A stretch of DNA of 64,000 nt. Source: Malacoraja senta. Taxonomy: Eukaryota. Of the stretch, positions 11,870 through 23,720 are shown piece by piece. Location of the stretch: contig CM075988.1 of NCBI GenBank assembly GCA_038087875.1, forward strand, positions 19,222,001-19,286,000, in the 5' to 3' direction. The notes below the pieces were generated by a model, which was given only the letters and a program-made list of their open reading frames with translations, made no database searches and had not been told where the DNA came from. A program made the position numbers and the translations under genes. Numbering within the stretch: position 1 is the stretch's first letter; each line of letters starts with the position of its first letter.

Positions 11870-12660
11870 GGGCGAGATCAATGTCTTCCTTCAAGAATAT
11901 CAGCTTACTGAATGCACCCAGGCAAGTAAATATAAAACACTGCAGTGGAAAACAGAACACTTCACAGCGTGAAGTTTGTCTGAAGAGCAGTTGGGTTTCG
12001 ACCAGGGCAGAGTGCAATAGATCAAATGCTTGAGATAAGTCACATTGTGGAGAAATTTATAGAACACCGCATTCATTGTTTCAACAGCTTCATAGATTGT
12101 AAGCAGCATTGGGTCAGAAGGGATACGGCATGTCTTCACGATGTATGGCATTGCTGAGAAGCTCATCACACTGATAGAGAACATCTGTAACCCGTCCCCG
12201 AGCGCTGTCAGAGTGGAGAGGAAACTGGTGGAATGGTTTATATCAACAGTTGGAGTGAGACAAGGGTGTACATTGATTTATTTTCCTTCCAGCAAGAAGC
12301 AATAATAAACCTAGCTCCAAAGAAAATGACAGTGTGGGAGTTTCCATGTGCGGCAGGTCATCAAACCATCCCACACACGTAACTGCCACTAATCTCTGAG
12401 GAATATTAAGTTGATGGCTTGTACACTGACAGAAGAACTCTCGGGTTACAGATTATCACAAGAGGTCACACCTCATGTAATTGGAGGGAACGCGATGAAC
12501 TGTAGTTCAAAAGGAAGTAATGTTTTCCTCTCTGGTCAATTTAGAACAGGGACTGTAAAGATGAGACTACAGGAAGGATTGTTCAGCTGCTTTTGAAAGA
12601 CTAAGCACAATGGAGAGCAAGGTATTTGGGATAAATGAGCTTGCAGAGTGATGCCTATCC
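11870..12660 (+). mobile_element. Ancient RTE-clade LINE reverse transcriptase relic (frameshifted)
   Basis: Manual translation across frameshifts: KNISLLNAP, GFRPGQSAIDQMLEISHIVEKFIEHRIHCFNSFIDCKQ, MYGIAEKLITLIENICNPSPSAVRVERKLVEWFISTVGVRQGCTL, AAFERLST. Confidence 0.8.
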
Positions 12661-12667
12661 CCCACAG

Positions 12668-12940
12668 GGTGGCACAGTGGCGCAGCGGTAGAGTTGCAGC
12701 CTTACAGCACCAGACAATGGATGCTGTCTGTACATTCTCCCTGTGACCACGTGTGTTTTCTCCGGGTGCACCGGTTTCCTCCCAAACTTCAAAGGCATGC
12801 AGATTTGTCGGTCAATTGACATCTGAAAATTGTAAATTGTCCTTTATGTGTAGGATAGTGCTAGTGTACACAGTGATTGCTGGTTGGTGCAGACTTGGTG
12901 GGCCGAAGGGCCTGTTTCCACGCAGTATAAAGTCTAAAAT
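12668..12940 (+). mobile_element. HE1/V-type SINE (internal deletions)
   Basis: gtggcacagtggcgcagcggtagagttg head; ggtgggccgaagggcctgtttcc tail. Confidence 0.85.
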
Positions 12941-13063
12941 GGACTCTTCTTTCCCTTCTTACTCCACCTTCACCTTCAGATCAGACCTCACACCAGTGTG
13001 ATTAAGATTAGCTCCATCAGATTAAATCTAAATGCACAAGGAAAATGCCAGACACAATCTTCT

Positions 13064-13281
13064 GTAGAAACAAGGAACTGCAGAAGCTGGTTAATACACA
13101 AAAGGACACAAAGGTGCTGGAGTAATAGCGCATCAGGCAGCATCTCTGGAGAAAGTGGATCGGTGACGTTTTGGGTCGGGACCCCCCTGAAGGGTCTACG
13201 ATGGGTCTATTCGGAAGGGTCTACCAAAACGTCACCTATACATTTTCTCCAGAGATGCTGCCTGATCTGCTAAGTTACTCC
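13064..13281. mobile_element. Penelope-like fold-back terminal repeat
   Basis: aaggaactgcagaagctgg...caggcagcatctctggaga followed by its reverse complement tctccagagatgctgcctga. Confidence 0.7.
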
Positions 13282-13949
13282 TTGTGGCGCTTTGTGAAGC
13301 AACAACCTTCTGCTTTGTACCCATTTGGAGTCCGCTCACACTCCCCCAACCAGGAATCACAAATACACACACTCAGGATCGAGCCAGCATCATTTTTGGA
13401 TTCTTCACATATTTTCTTCCTCCCAAGGCCCATTACCAGCGCTTCTCCTGTATGCTTGTGGTTGGATTTATGATCTTGAACAATGATATGACTTGTTCTA
13501 ATGCCCCAGGAACTGGCAGGAGCCTAAAAATATATATTTGAATGGCCTAGATCCAAAGTGACATTGGCAGGAAGATGTACATCTGGGCTATTATTTCCTT
13601 AATGAGGTATCTGGCAGTCTGCATCGACTTTTAACCTCGCCAGATAATAGGTTTCTTTATATAATGTGTGGATACAGTGAAGATAGTGATGAGGAGGTAT
13701 TGGCAACAGTGAGTGATAACATATCCCTGGGGAAGGAGATAATGTGGAGCAGAGGCAGCCAAAGATAGAGCAAGAGCACAACTTTGTACCGTTCCCAATA
13801 TGTTCCTGGCAAGGCATCTTGCCACCAACAACTATTCTAACAAAAGGGAGGTAGCGATTTCTACACAGGAAGATCCCGCAAGTTCACATGGTGCAGCTCA
13901 ATCTCACTGTTTCTGCAGAGCTGCTTGAGAGATAAACACTGGGCAGTAG

Positions 13950-14275
13950 GGTGGCCACAGTGGCACAGCGGTAGAGTTGCTGCCTTACAGTGAATGCGGC
14001 GTCGGAGGCCCGGGTTCGATCCCGACTACGGGTGCTGTCTGTACGGCGTGCGTACATTCTCCCCGTGACCTGCGTGGGTTTTCTCTGAGATCTTCGGTTT
14101 CCTCCCGCACTCCAAAGACGTACAGGTTTGTAGGTTAATTGGCTTGGTAAATATAAAAATTGCCACTAGGGTGTGTAGGATAGTGTTAATTTGCAGGGAT
14201 CGCTGGTCGGCGCGGATCCAGTGGGCCGAAGGGCCTGTTTCCGGGCTGTAACTCCAAACTAAACTAAAACTAAAG
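13950..14275 (+). mobile_element. HE1/V-type SINE (full length)
   Basis: A-box, B-box gggttcgatccc, central domain and (aaact)n tail. Confidence 0.9.
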
Positions 14276-14280
14276 AACTG

Positions 14281-14565
14281 GGGCGGCACAGTGGAGCAGC
14301 AGTAGAGTTGCTGCCATAAAGCGCCAGAGACCTAGATTCGATCCTGACCATGGGAGCTGTCTGTACGAAATTTGTACATTCTCCCCATGACCATGTGGGT
14401 TTTCTGTGGGTGCCCCGGTATCCTCCCACACTCCAAAGATATACAGGTTTATAGGTTAATTTGGCTTTGGTAAAAATTATAAATTGTTCCTCATGTGTCG
14501 GATAGTGTTGGTGTATGGGGATTGCAGGTTGGCGTGGACCCGATGGACCTTTATCTCTCAACTAA
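14281..14565 (+). mobile_element. HE1/V-type SINE (older copy, head-to-tail with the previous one)
   Basis: ggcacagtggagcagcagtagagttgctgcc...gattcgatcctgacc...tatctctcaactaaac. Confidence 0.85.
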
Positions 14566-14569
14566 ACAC

Positions 14570-14870
14570 ATGCCTCCAAATTCAGGGACAGTTTCTTCCC
14601 AGCTGGTTCTTCCGCAACTGAACCATCCTATCACCAACTCGAGAGCAGTCCTGATCTACCATCTACCTCAGTGGAGACCTTTGGACTATCTTTAATCGGA
14701 CTTTACCTTGCACCAAATGTTATCCCCTTTATCCTGTATCTGTACATTCTGGACGTCTGGATTGTAACCACGTATAGCCTTTCCGCTGACTGGATAGCAT
14801 GTAACAAACAAAAACCTTTCACTGTACCTTGGTACATGTGACAATAAAATATACTAAGCTAAAACTAAAA
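14570..14870 (+). mobile_element. Rex1-type 3' fragment
   Basis: ttcagggacagtttcttcccagct and terminal stem-loop tttcactgtaccttggtacatgtgacaataaa. Confidence 0.65.
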
Positions 14871-15689
14871 AAAGTAAGATATTATTGTTCCATTTCGGGA
14901 CATAAAACAATAAAACACTTTTGACTCTCTCTTGATTTACTGGCAATGGATTAAAAAACAACACATAAAATAACAAGAAAATAATGAACATATTTATTTT
15001 ATTCCTTCCGGTTGTAATATTCTTTCTAAATTCTGATAAACCATTTGTCTGGCTGCTCAGAGTTTTAATGCTCGCTCTACAATGTCAAAGGAGAATTGAT
15101 TGGAATATTTTTATATGAAGGTAATTATATCAAACAATATAACTTCTCCATTGCTCAAGAAATTAGCAGAGGTGCCAGCACTCAACAGATCTGGGACATC
15201 AATTCTGCCCAGTGTAATTTAAATAAAAATGAAAGATGAACTAGATATTAACTACTTGCATGGATTTTCGTGAATGAATCTATAACGGGCCTAATAGTAA
15301 ATTATTCCCATGCACTCAACCTATCAAGATCTTATTTTTTATTAGTTACTTAAGACAAAAAAGGTCTTTGCTAGTGTATAATACAAAAGCAAGGGCAAGG
15401 TTGTGGCCACACACCACACACACTGAGTTGAGTTATGAAGTTATGAAGTGGTGTAGCATGGAAACAGGCCCTTCGGCCCACCTTGTCCAGGTCGACCGAG
15501 TTGGGATTCTAGCGAGCAAAACACGAAGTGCTGGAGGAATTCTGCGGTCAGGCAGCTTCTGAATAGTGGGGGGGGAAATTGGAAGTATAAAGATGGAGTT
15601 AAAGGGAAATGGGATGGAAAGTTCAAGAAGGGATGAGAGAGTTAGGTCAGGTGAAATAGGAACCGGTGTGAGAGGGGAGGTGAATACCG

Positions 15690-16165
15690 AATTAAAAGTG
15701 TTATATATGAATGCGCAAAGTATAAGAAATAAAGTGGATTAGCTTGAGGCTCAGAGATTGGTAGGTATGATGTTGTGGGAATTACAGAGACATGGCTGAA
15801 AGAGGATCAGAGCTGGGAACTGAATATTCAGGGTTATATCGTCCTATCGAAAAGTCAGACGGGTGGGCAGAAGGGGTAGGGTAGCTCTGTTGATAAGGAA
15901 TGAAATTCAGTCCTTTGCGAGGGGCGACATAGAATCAGAAGATGTAGAGTCATTGTGGATAGAACTGAGAATTTGTAAGGGCAAAAAGACCGTAATGGGA
16001 GTTATCTACAGGCCCCCAAACAGTAGCCTGGATATAGGGTGCAAGTTGCATCAGGAGTTAAAATTGGCATGTCACAGAAGTATTGCTACAGTGGTTATGG
16101 GAGATTTCAATATGCAGGTAGACTGGGAAAATCAGGTTGGTACTGGACCCCAAAAAAGGGAATTT
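15690..16165 (+). mobile_element. CR1 LINE ORF2 apurinic-type endonuclease fragment (pseudogenised)
   Basis: LYMNAQSIRNK, VVGITETWL, GVIYRPPNS and VMGDFN motifs (ORF 15863-16204). Confidence 0.9.
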
Positions 16166-16260
16166 GTGCACATGACATACTATGTGTTCATTTGGCAAAC
16201 ATGACATACTAAGTGTTAATATGGATATAATTGCAGAATTGATATCAATAATGCATCAAA

Positions 16261-16467
16261 CAACTGCAGATCTCAGTTTAAACCAAAGATAGACACAAAA
16301 GATGGAGCAACTCAGCGGGTCAGACAGCATCTCTGGAGAAAAGGAATAGGTGACGTTTCAGGTCGAGACGGGTCTGAAGAAGAGTCTCGACCCGAAACGT
16401 CACCAATTCCTTCTCTTCAGAGATGCTGCCTGTCCCGCTGAGTTACTCCAGCATTTTGTGTCTATCT
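16261..16467. mobile_element. Penelope-like fold-back terminal repeat with hammerhead core
   Basis: About 90-bp arms agatagacacaaaa...gtgacgtttc / gaaacgtcac...ttttgtgtctatct; ggt-CTGAAGA-agagtctcgaccc-GAAACGTC-acc at 16371-16404. Confidence 0.8.
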
Positions 16468-16599
16468 ACTGATAAATCTGCATTGTACTCTTGACATAAA
16501 AAGAAGTCACAACAATGCTCCCTAGCAAATAAACTGCTTGCCTCCTTCTGCGCTCTTTCTGATGGTGTAGTTGGTCTGATACCTGCACACTTACATAGA

Positions 16600-17541
16600 A
16601 AGTACACAAAAATGCTGGAGAAACTCAGCGGGTGCAGCAGCATCTATGGAGCGAAGGAAATAGGCAACGTTTCGGGCCGAAACCCTTCTTCAGACTGATA
16701 GGGGGTGGGGAGAAGAAAGGAAAAAAGGGAAAAAGGCGGAGGAGGAGCCCGAGGGCTGGGGGAGGGGAGGAGACAACCAGAGGGCTGATGAAGGGGAGGG
16801 GACAGCAAGGGCTAGCAGAATTGGGAGAATTCAATGTTCAAGCCCCCAGGATGTAGACTGCCCAATGAGGTGCATTTCCTCCAATTTCCGGTGTTGCTCG
16901 CTGTGGCCATGGAGGAGACCCAGGACAGAGAGGTCAGATATGGAATGGGAGGGGGAGTTGAAGTGCTGAGCCACCGGGAGGTCAGGTTGGTTATTGCGGA
17001 CCGACCGGAGGTGTTCGGTGAAACGGTCGCCAAGCCTCCGCTTGGTCTCACCGATGTAGATCAGCTGGCATCTAGAGCAGCGGATGCAATAGATGAGGTT
17101 GGAGGAGATGCAGGTGAACCTCTGTCGCACCTGGAATGACTGCTTAGGTCCTTGAATGGAGTCGAGGGGGGAGGTGAAGGGACAAGTGTTGCATCTCTTG
17201 CGGTTGCAAGGGAAAGTACCTGGGAGGGGGTGGTACGGGAGGGAAGGGAAGAATTGACAAGGGAGTTACGGAGGGAGCGGTCTTTGCGGAAGGCAGACAT
17301 GGGGGAGATGGGAAGATGTGGCGAGTGGTGGGGTCACGTTGGAGGTGGCGAAACTGACGGAGGATCACTTGTTGTACGTGACGGCTGGTGGGGTGAAAGG
17401 TGAACACTAGGGGGACTCTGCCCTTGTTGTGAGTGGGGGGGGATGGGGAGAGAGAGCAGTGTTGCGGGGTATGGCAGAGACCCTGGTGCGAGCCTCATCT
17501 ATACCTTCGATTTTCCAGCATCTGCAGTTCCTTCTTTAACA
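16600..17541 (-). mobile_element. Penelope-like element 3' part encoding a GIY-YIG endonuclease, with terminal repeat
   Basis: ORF 16831-17130: SSNLIYCIRCSRCQLIYIGETKRRLGDRFTEHLRSVR...VAQHFN; upstream LTFHPTS/AFRKDRSLRNSLV linker; hammerhead core at about 16665-16693; inverted tail at about 17501-17541. Confidence 0.9.
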
Positions 17542-18274
17542 CTTACATAGAAAACCTGATCAGATGATAGAAAAGAATAAGAAGATTTTAGAGACATTTG
17601 GATGGGTACATGAATCAGAAAACTCCAGAGAGAGATGGGCCAAACATGGGCAAAGGGGATTAGATTAGATGGAGCATCTTGGTGCAAGGACATGAAGCAG
17701 GGACTGTTTCTGTGCTGTGTGACTCCATGACTCTATGGCCATTGGCCACGACTCTCTACAAATGTTTTGCCGTCTGTTTCATCTGCAGTGGAACCTTCCC
17801 ATCAATGTCCTGGTTCTGAAATGAAATTATGTTGATTTGCTGCTGAATATGTCACTCATATTAAATTGATCTGAACTACAGTTCAGAACAAACTAGAAAC
17901 AAAGCCCAAAAGCGACAAATGTGACTGAAATAAAAAAAGAAAATGATGACAAAATGTGAAAACACAAAGAGGTACGATGGCCCTGATGTTTCAATCTCTG
18001 ACAGCTGGGAAATATGCCCAATGAGTGACTTTGCTGTAATATTGATTTATTATTCCCGGCACAAGAAAGAGTGTCATTTTTTAAAGCAGACAGCTTTCTT
18101 TTTAATCCTGCCAAGATGAAATAGGATGACCCAGAAAGCCCAGGTAAAAATGAATTGAATCTGAGAAGAATTTGACTTCAAGCAGTCAAAGTTTTATTGA
18201 ATATCATTTCTTCATACATCAGTTTAGCACTTGTTTAAATAGTTTGTCAACTAAGACAATAACTGTGATACTGA

Positions 18275-18610
18275 TGTGGAGAGAACATTTTCACTAGTGG
18301 GAGAGTCTGGAACCAGAGGCCACAGCTACAGTTTAAAAGAAGATACCTTTAGGAAGGAGATGAGAAGGAATTTTGTTAATCAGAGGGTAGTGAATCTGTG
18401 GATTTCATTGCCACGGACGGCTGTGGAGAACAAGTCAATGGATATTTTTAAGGGAGGGATTGATAGATTCTTGATTAGTATGGGTGTCAGGCATAATAGG
18501 GAGAAGGCAGGAGAATTGAGAGGGAAAGAGAGATCATCCATGATTGAATGGTGAATAGACTTGATGGGCCGAATGGCCTATTTCTGTTCCAATCTCCAAT
18601 GAACTTACTG
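18275..18610 (+). mobile_element. CR1 LINE 3' fragment
   Basis: ORF: LVGESGTRGHS...FRKEMRRNFVNQRVVNLWISLP. Confidence 0.85.
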
Positions 18611-18829
18611 AGGATTCAGAGCTTTGTAGATGGAGTGAGTTGGGAACATTCATTCCCTCCACCGCCAGTACAGAGTCCGCATTATGTGTCACAGACACTG
18701 CCTTACGCCATTACTACACCTTCCAAATCCATGACCTCTACAACCAAGGACAAGGGCACCAACCTCTTGGGGACGCCACCACTTGCAGATTGCCCTCCAT
18801 GTCACACACGTTACAAATTTGAAACACCA

Positions 18830-19125
18830 AGGTGTGGCGCAGCGGTAGAGTTGCTGCCTTACACCACCAATGAATCAGCTTTGATCTTGACTACGGCTAC
18901 TGTCTGTCCAGAGTTAGAACGTTCTCCCCGTGACCAGCGTGGATTTTCTCCGGGAGCTCCGGTTTCGTCCCACACTCCAAAGACATACAGGTTTGTAGGT
19001 TAATTGGCTTGGTATAATTGTAATTATAGGATAGTGTTAGTGTGCGGGGATTGCTGGTCGGCAGGGACTCGGTGGGCCGAAGGGCCTGTTTCGGGTGCTG
19101 TATCTCTAAACTAACCTGAACTAAA
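18830..19125 (+). mobile_element. HE1/V-type SINE inserted in an older LINE 3' end (about 18690-19510)
   Basis: gtggcgcagcggtagagttgctgccttac head; gggccgaagggcctgtttc tail. Confidence 0.85.
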
Positions 19126-20119
19126 CCTCCCAATTCTTCATTGTTACTTGAACTCTCTCCCCAACATCGCTGTAGGAGCAGAACCCAAAATGCTGGAGTA
19201 ACTCAGCGGGTCAGGCACAATCTCTGGAGAAAGAGATTGGGTGATGTTTTGGGTCAGACTGAAAGATAAGGAAGGCCAGAACAAAACTGGGCCAGCAACA
19301 GATTACCTCCTGAAGGGTGGAGTCCATCATGGCCCATTGTTGGCTGTGGATGATGTGTAAACCAGCATCTGGAGTTCCTTCCTACTCATTATTGTAGGAG
19401 TACGCTCATTGGAAGGACTGTGGTGGGACAAAAAGGTGGCTCATCAACATTTTCTCAAGCAGTTCGGGTTGGTCTATGAATGCCAGCTGTTCCCACATCC
19501 TGTAAATAGACAGGAACACATTCCACCAGAGAAGACAGGAATAGTATAGGAAGGAACCGCAGATGCTGGTTTACATCAAAATAGACACAAAATGCTGGAG
19601 TAACTCAGCGGGTCTGGCAGCATCTCTGGAGAAAAGGAATAGGTGACGTTGTGGGTCAACACACTTCTTCAGACTTCGATGGTGACGGATGGGTGTTATG
19701 TTAAGCGTGCGAGGAAAGTGCCATTGCCAGCTATTTTAGCAACCAATCTATTCTGAGCACTTATATACGAACTGTGTCAAGAGCAAAAGACAAAGTGTTG
19801 GAGAAGCCTGTATGAAGAAGGGTCCCCACCTGAAGCATGGTCTGTCCTTTTCCCTCCATCGGGGCTGCCTGGCTCAACAAATTAATTTGGAAACAGTGCT
19901 TCACGACCACAAAGGGTTGTGAAGGGTGCTCTTTAAATGCAAGGCCCTTTATTAGGTTAATTGTCAATTTTATTTTACGCAGGTGGCTGGCAGACAAATC
20001 TGTGGGGATGTGATGTGCATGTGAGGTAGATGATCTGGACTGATGCGATTGTTCTGAGAGGCAGCATGGACTCAATGGGCCAAATGGTCTCCATCTGTGT
20101 TGTAAGAAATTATAAGGAG

Positions 20120-20720
20120 AGGCTGGTAAGGCTGGGACGTTGCAGTGGAGCACAGGAGGCTGAGGGGTGACCTTATTGAGGTATACAAGATCACAATGGG
20201 TGAGAAGGAACTGCAGATGCTGGTTCAAACCAAAGATAGACACAAAAAGCTGGAGTAACTCAGCGGGACAGCCAGGCAACATCTCTGGAGAGAAGGAATG
20301 GGTGATGTTTCGGGTCGAGACCATTCCTTCTCTCCAGACATGCTGCCTCTCCAGAGATGCTGAGTCGCTCCAGCTTTTTGTGTCTAAGATCACAATGGGC
20401 ATGGATGAAGTGAACGCTCACTGTTTTTCCCCGGATAATGAAACTAGAGGGCGCAGGCTTAAAGTGAGAGTGGAGAAATTGAAGAGGGACCTCAGGGGAA
20501 ACCTTTACACTCTGAGGGTAGTCCGTATCTGGAATGAGCTGCTCGAGGAAACCATAGAAGCGTGAACAATTAGGACTTTTAAAAGCCATTTGGTCAGATA
20601 TATCATGGATAGGGAGGGTGCGAGAGCGATGGGTCAAATGCAGGCAAATGGGACTGACCCCTTATTCCAACTTGGTCAGCGTGGACAAGGTGGTCCGAAG
20701 GGCCTGTTTCCGTGCTGTAA
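20120..20720 (+). mobile_element. CR1 3' fragment interrupted by a Penelope-like fold-back (20201-20385)
   Basis: TRGRRLKVRVEKLKRDLRGN...WNELLEE; 14-bp TSD aagatcacaatggg at 20187-20200 and 20386-20399. Confidence 0.85.
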
Positions 20721-21299
20721 CAGGTCTGTGGCTGTCATGATATATGCTAAATAAAAAATAAATTTCTTGATGTTGTTGATTTAATTGTCCCTGCAGACTG
20801 CACGGTTACAGAAAACCAAGGTAAAAAAAAACATATTAATTATTAATGCCTGCTGTCTTAATGTTTCTTTTTCTCACCCCTTGACTTTGCACGTTCCAGC
20901 CCTGTCTCGCTGCCACCCTTGGGCTCGCCACCCTTTAATATTAATCTACCCTGCTCAAAACCAAGGCAATCAACAGGAGAAAAAACTCACCTAGTTACAG
21001 TCACTTTACCCTTCATCTCCCACTGGACTTTACACAGAGCCGTGACCTCTTTCCTTCAGACGTGTTTCCAAACCAGGTATTATCTGGAGAGAGACCTGAT
21101 GTCTCATTCATCACTGTCAACCTCCCGATCGCTCTGTGCAAAATGCTGTCCCTTGGTATTCCCACAGTAGCGATAGTTCATGATGCCAAAATGTTAGCAC
21201 AAACATTTCGGGACCAGACTGGCACAGTTGAAGCCTAATGCTGATGGTTAATTTACGTGGATGAGTCGGCCCTATGACTTGTCAATAAATACATGCATA

Positions 21300-21640
21300 T
21301 AACATAGAACATGGTAAAGTACAACACAGCAACAGGCCATTCAGCCCACAATGTCTGTGCTGAACATTATGCCAAGATAAAACTAACCTCGTGCCTGCAC
21401 ATGATCCATATCCCCTAAATCCTGCATATCCATGTGCTTATCTAAAACCCTCTTAAGCTCCACTATTGTATCTGCCCCTAACACCATCCCTGGCCCATCA
21501 CTTTCTGTGTAAAAACTTGCCTCGAACATTTCCTTTAAACTTTGCCCTTCCCATCTTAAAGCTACGCCCTCTAGTCTGACCGTCCCACCTCTAGGAAAAG
21601 GTTCAGACTGTCTATCCTATCTCTGCCGGTCATCATTTTC
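21300..21640 (-). mobile_element. CR1 LINE 3' fragment
   Basis: aacaggccattcagcccacaatgtctgtg and tttcctttaaactttgccc. Confidence 0.7.
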
Positions 21641-21837
21641 TTTCCTTCATACATGTGAAAAAGAATTTCCAACATTCTTTGTTTGCTTAATTATTAAAAA
21701 TAAAGAACTCTCATCTTATTGCTTTGACGTGAGAGGGCTAGGTTTAAAGGAGATGTGCGGGGCAAGTGTTTTTACACACAGAGTGGTGAGTGCCTTATAA
21801 TGCACTACCAAGGGTGGTGGTGGAGGCAGATACGTTA

Positions 21838-22394
21838 AGGGGCTGTCCCACTTGGGCGACCTAATTGGCCAGTTTAGAAGAGTTTTTAAAAAATGACATG
21901 TTGAAGACCTCCTTCGACTATGTAGAAGACCTCCTTCGACCTCCTTCGACCTCGTTGAAGACTAGCTATGACTAGCTACGACTAACTTCGTGAAAATTGG
22001 ACACCGAATAGTGGAGGGTGAAGACGATCTCCTTCGATCTCCTTCGACCTCCCGTCGTCCTCCTTTCGTCCTCCCTTCGACTATGATGAAGACTATCTAC
22101 GACTACCTTTAATTACCCTCGATTACCTATGACTAACATGCCGACCTACTACGACCTACTCGACTAAACCTACGATTTTTTCCATGGCGACCTTTTTTAC
22201 TCGCGGGCATTTTTTAACATATTGAAAACAACGGCGCGACCTAGCTGAGGCCTCGAATACACGGGGACTACTCTCGAGCATGAAGGAGAGTTACAAAGAC
22301 CTCCTATGACCTCGTGTCGACCATGCTGCGAGTATGAGTCAAGGGCAAACTCGCCAGAACTCGCGGATTAGGTCGCCCAAGTGGGACAGCCCCT
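21838..22394. mobile_element. PIF/Harbinger-type MITE inserted in a CR1 3' fragment (about 21735-22555)
   Basis: Perfect TIR aggggctgtcccacttgggcgacctaat / attaggtcgcccaagtgggacagcccct; TTA TSD at 21835-21837 and 22395-22397; internal ctccttcgac/ctacgac repeats. Confidence 0.9.
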
Positions 22395-22561
22395 TTAGTG
22401 GCATTTATGAGACTTTTGGATAGGCACATGGATATGCAGGGAATGGATGGATACTGATTGTGTGCAGGCAGGTAAAAGGGTTGGTCTGGGCATCATGTTG
22501 GGTCTGGACACTGTGGGCCCAAAGGCCTGTTCTTGTGCTGCACTGTTCTATTTTCTAAGTC

Positions 22562-22641
22562 AAGTAATAAATATAGACAGTTTTAAGACATCTTAGACAA
22601 AAGTAATAATTGTAGACAGTTTTAAGACATCTTAGACAAAA
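22562..22641. repeat. 39-bp tandem duplication
   Basis: aagtaataa..tagacagttttaagacatcttagacaa twice. Confidence 0.85.
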
Positions 22642-22734
22642 TTATCGATTAGCACCTTCAGGTTCAAGGATTTTTTCATACTTGCATGTTGATTAGACAC
22701 TCATTTATATTTGGTTTGGTTTGGTTTGGTTTGT

Positions 22735-23006
22735 GCCGGAGACCCGGGTTCGATCCCGACTACGGGTGCTGCCTGTACGGAGTTTGTACCTTCTCCCCGT
22801 CACCGCGTAGGTTTTCTCCAAGATCTTCTGTTTCCTCCCACACTCCAAAGACGTACAGGTATGTAGGTTAATTAGTTTTGTGTATGTATAAAATTGTCCC
22901 TAGTGTGTGTAGGGTTAATGTGCGGGGATCGCTGGTCAGTGTGGACTCGGTGGGCCGAGGGGCCTGTTTCCGCCCTGTATCTCTAAACCTAAGCACTAAA
23001 ACTAAA
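22735..23006 (+). mobile_element. HE1/V-type SINE, 5'-truncated
   Basis: B-box gggttcgatccc through tatctctaaacctaagcactaaa. Confidence 0.85.
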
Positions 23007-23421
23007 GTATGTTTAGGTGGACTGTCCTTTTATTTGACTGGTGATATAATTGAATCAAATCAGTATTGATAAAGTTTGATAGAACGGATGCTCTTTCCAA
23101 TGTTTAGAAGGTCCAGAAGCCGAGGTGATAGTGGGAACTGAGGAGAAGTTTCTTTGCTCAGGTGTGGGAATTCGTTCTTTGCTCAGGTGTGGGAACTTGA
23201 ACCCTGAGTGATTCCCGGCAGAGAATGTACAATTAGAAAACTGCAGACACATGGAGCTGCAGTTGGAATCGTAAACGAAACACCAAGTGCTGGAGGAACT
23301 CTAAGGATCAGGCAGCACCTGTGATAGGAATGGGCAGATGATGCTTTAAGCCGGGACCTTTCTTCGCACTTTCAGGAATCTGTTTCTGCAATACGTGACT
23401 AATTTTTGAAGACACCAAATT

Positions 23422-23720
23422 CATCGGGAGCTTCGACCGCCCCAACGTGGGGACATCAATTGCCGGCTGCGGGAGCTTCGATCGCCCCGACTGCAGATGG
23501 TTCGACTGCCCCGATGGCGGGAGAATAAAGAGGAAAGAAGATTCGACTTTATTGCCTTCCATCACAGTGTGGAATATGGAATCTGCTGTGGTGGGTGTTT
23601 ATGTTAACTTTTATGTAGTTGTGTGTCTTGTTGCTTTTTTCAGTATGGATGTATGGTAAATTGAATTTCACCGTACCTTAATTGGTACACGTGACAATAA
23701 AATACCTTTGAACCATTGAA
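23422..23720 (+). mobile_element. SINE-like element with GC-rich internal repeats and Rex1-type tail
   Basis: Three to four copies of (cgggagc)ttcga(c/t)cgcccc, then tail tttcaccgtaccttaattggtacacgtgacaataaa. Confidence 0.55.

Noticed and set aside
13950..14030. tRNA gene (also the other SINE heads)
   Set aside because: A- and B-boxes are present but continue into SINE body and LINE-derived tail, and I could not build a complete cloverleaf.
16831..17130. Homing endonuclease or UvrC-like gene
   Set aside because: The GIY-YIG domain is flanked by Penelope linker motifs and terminal repeat.
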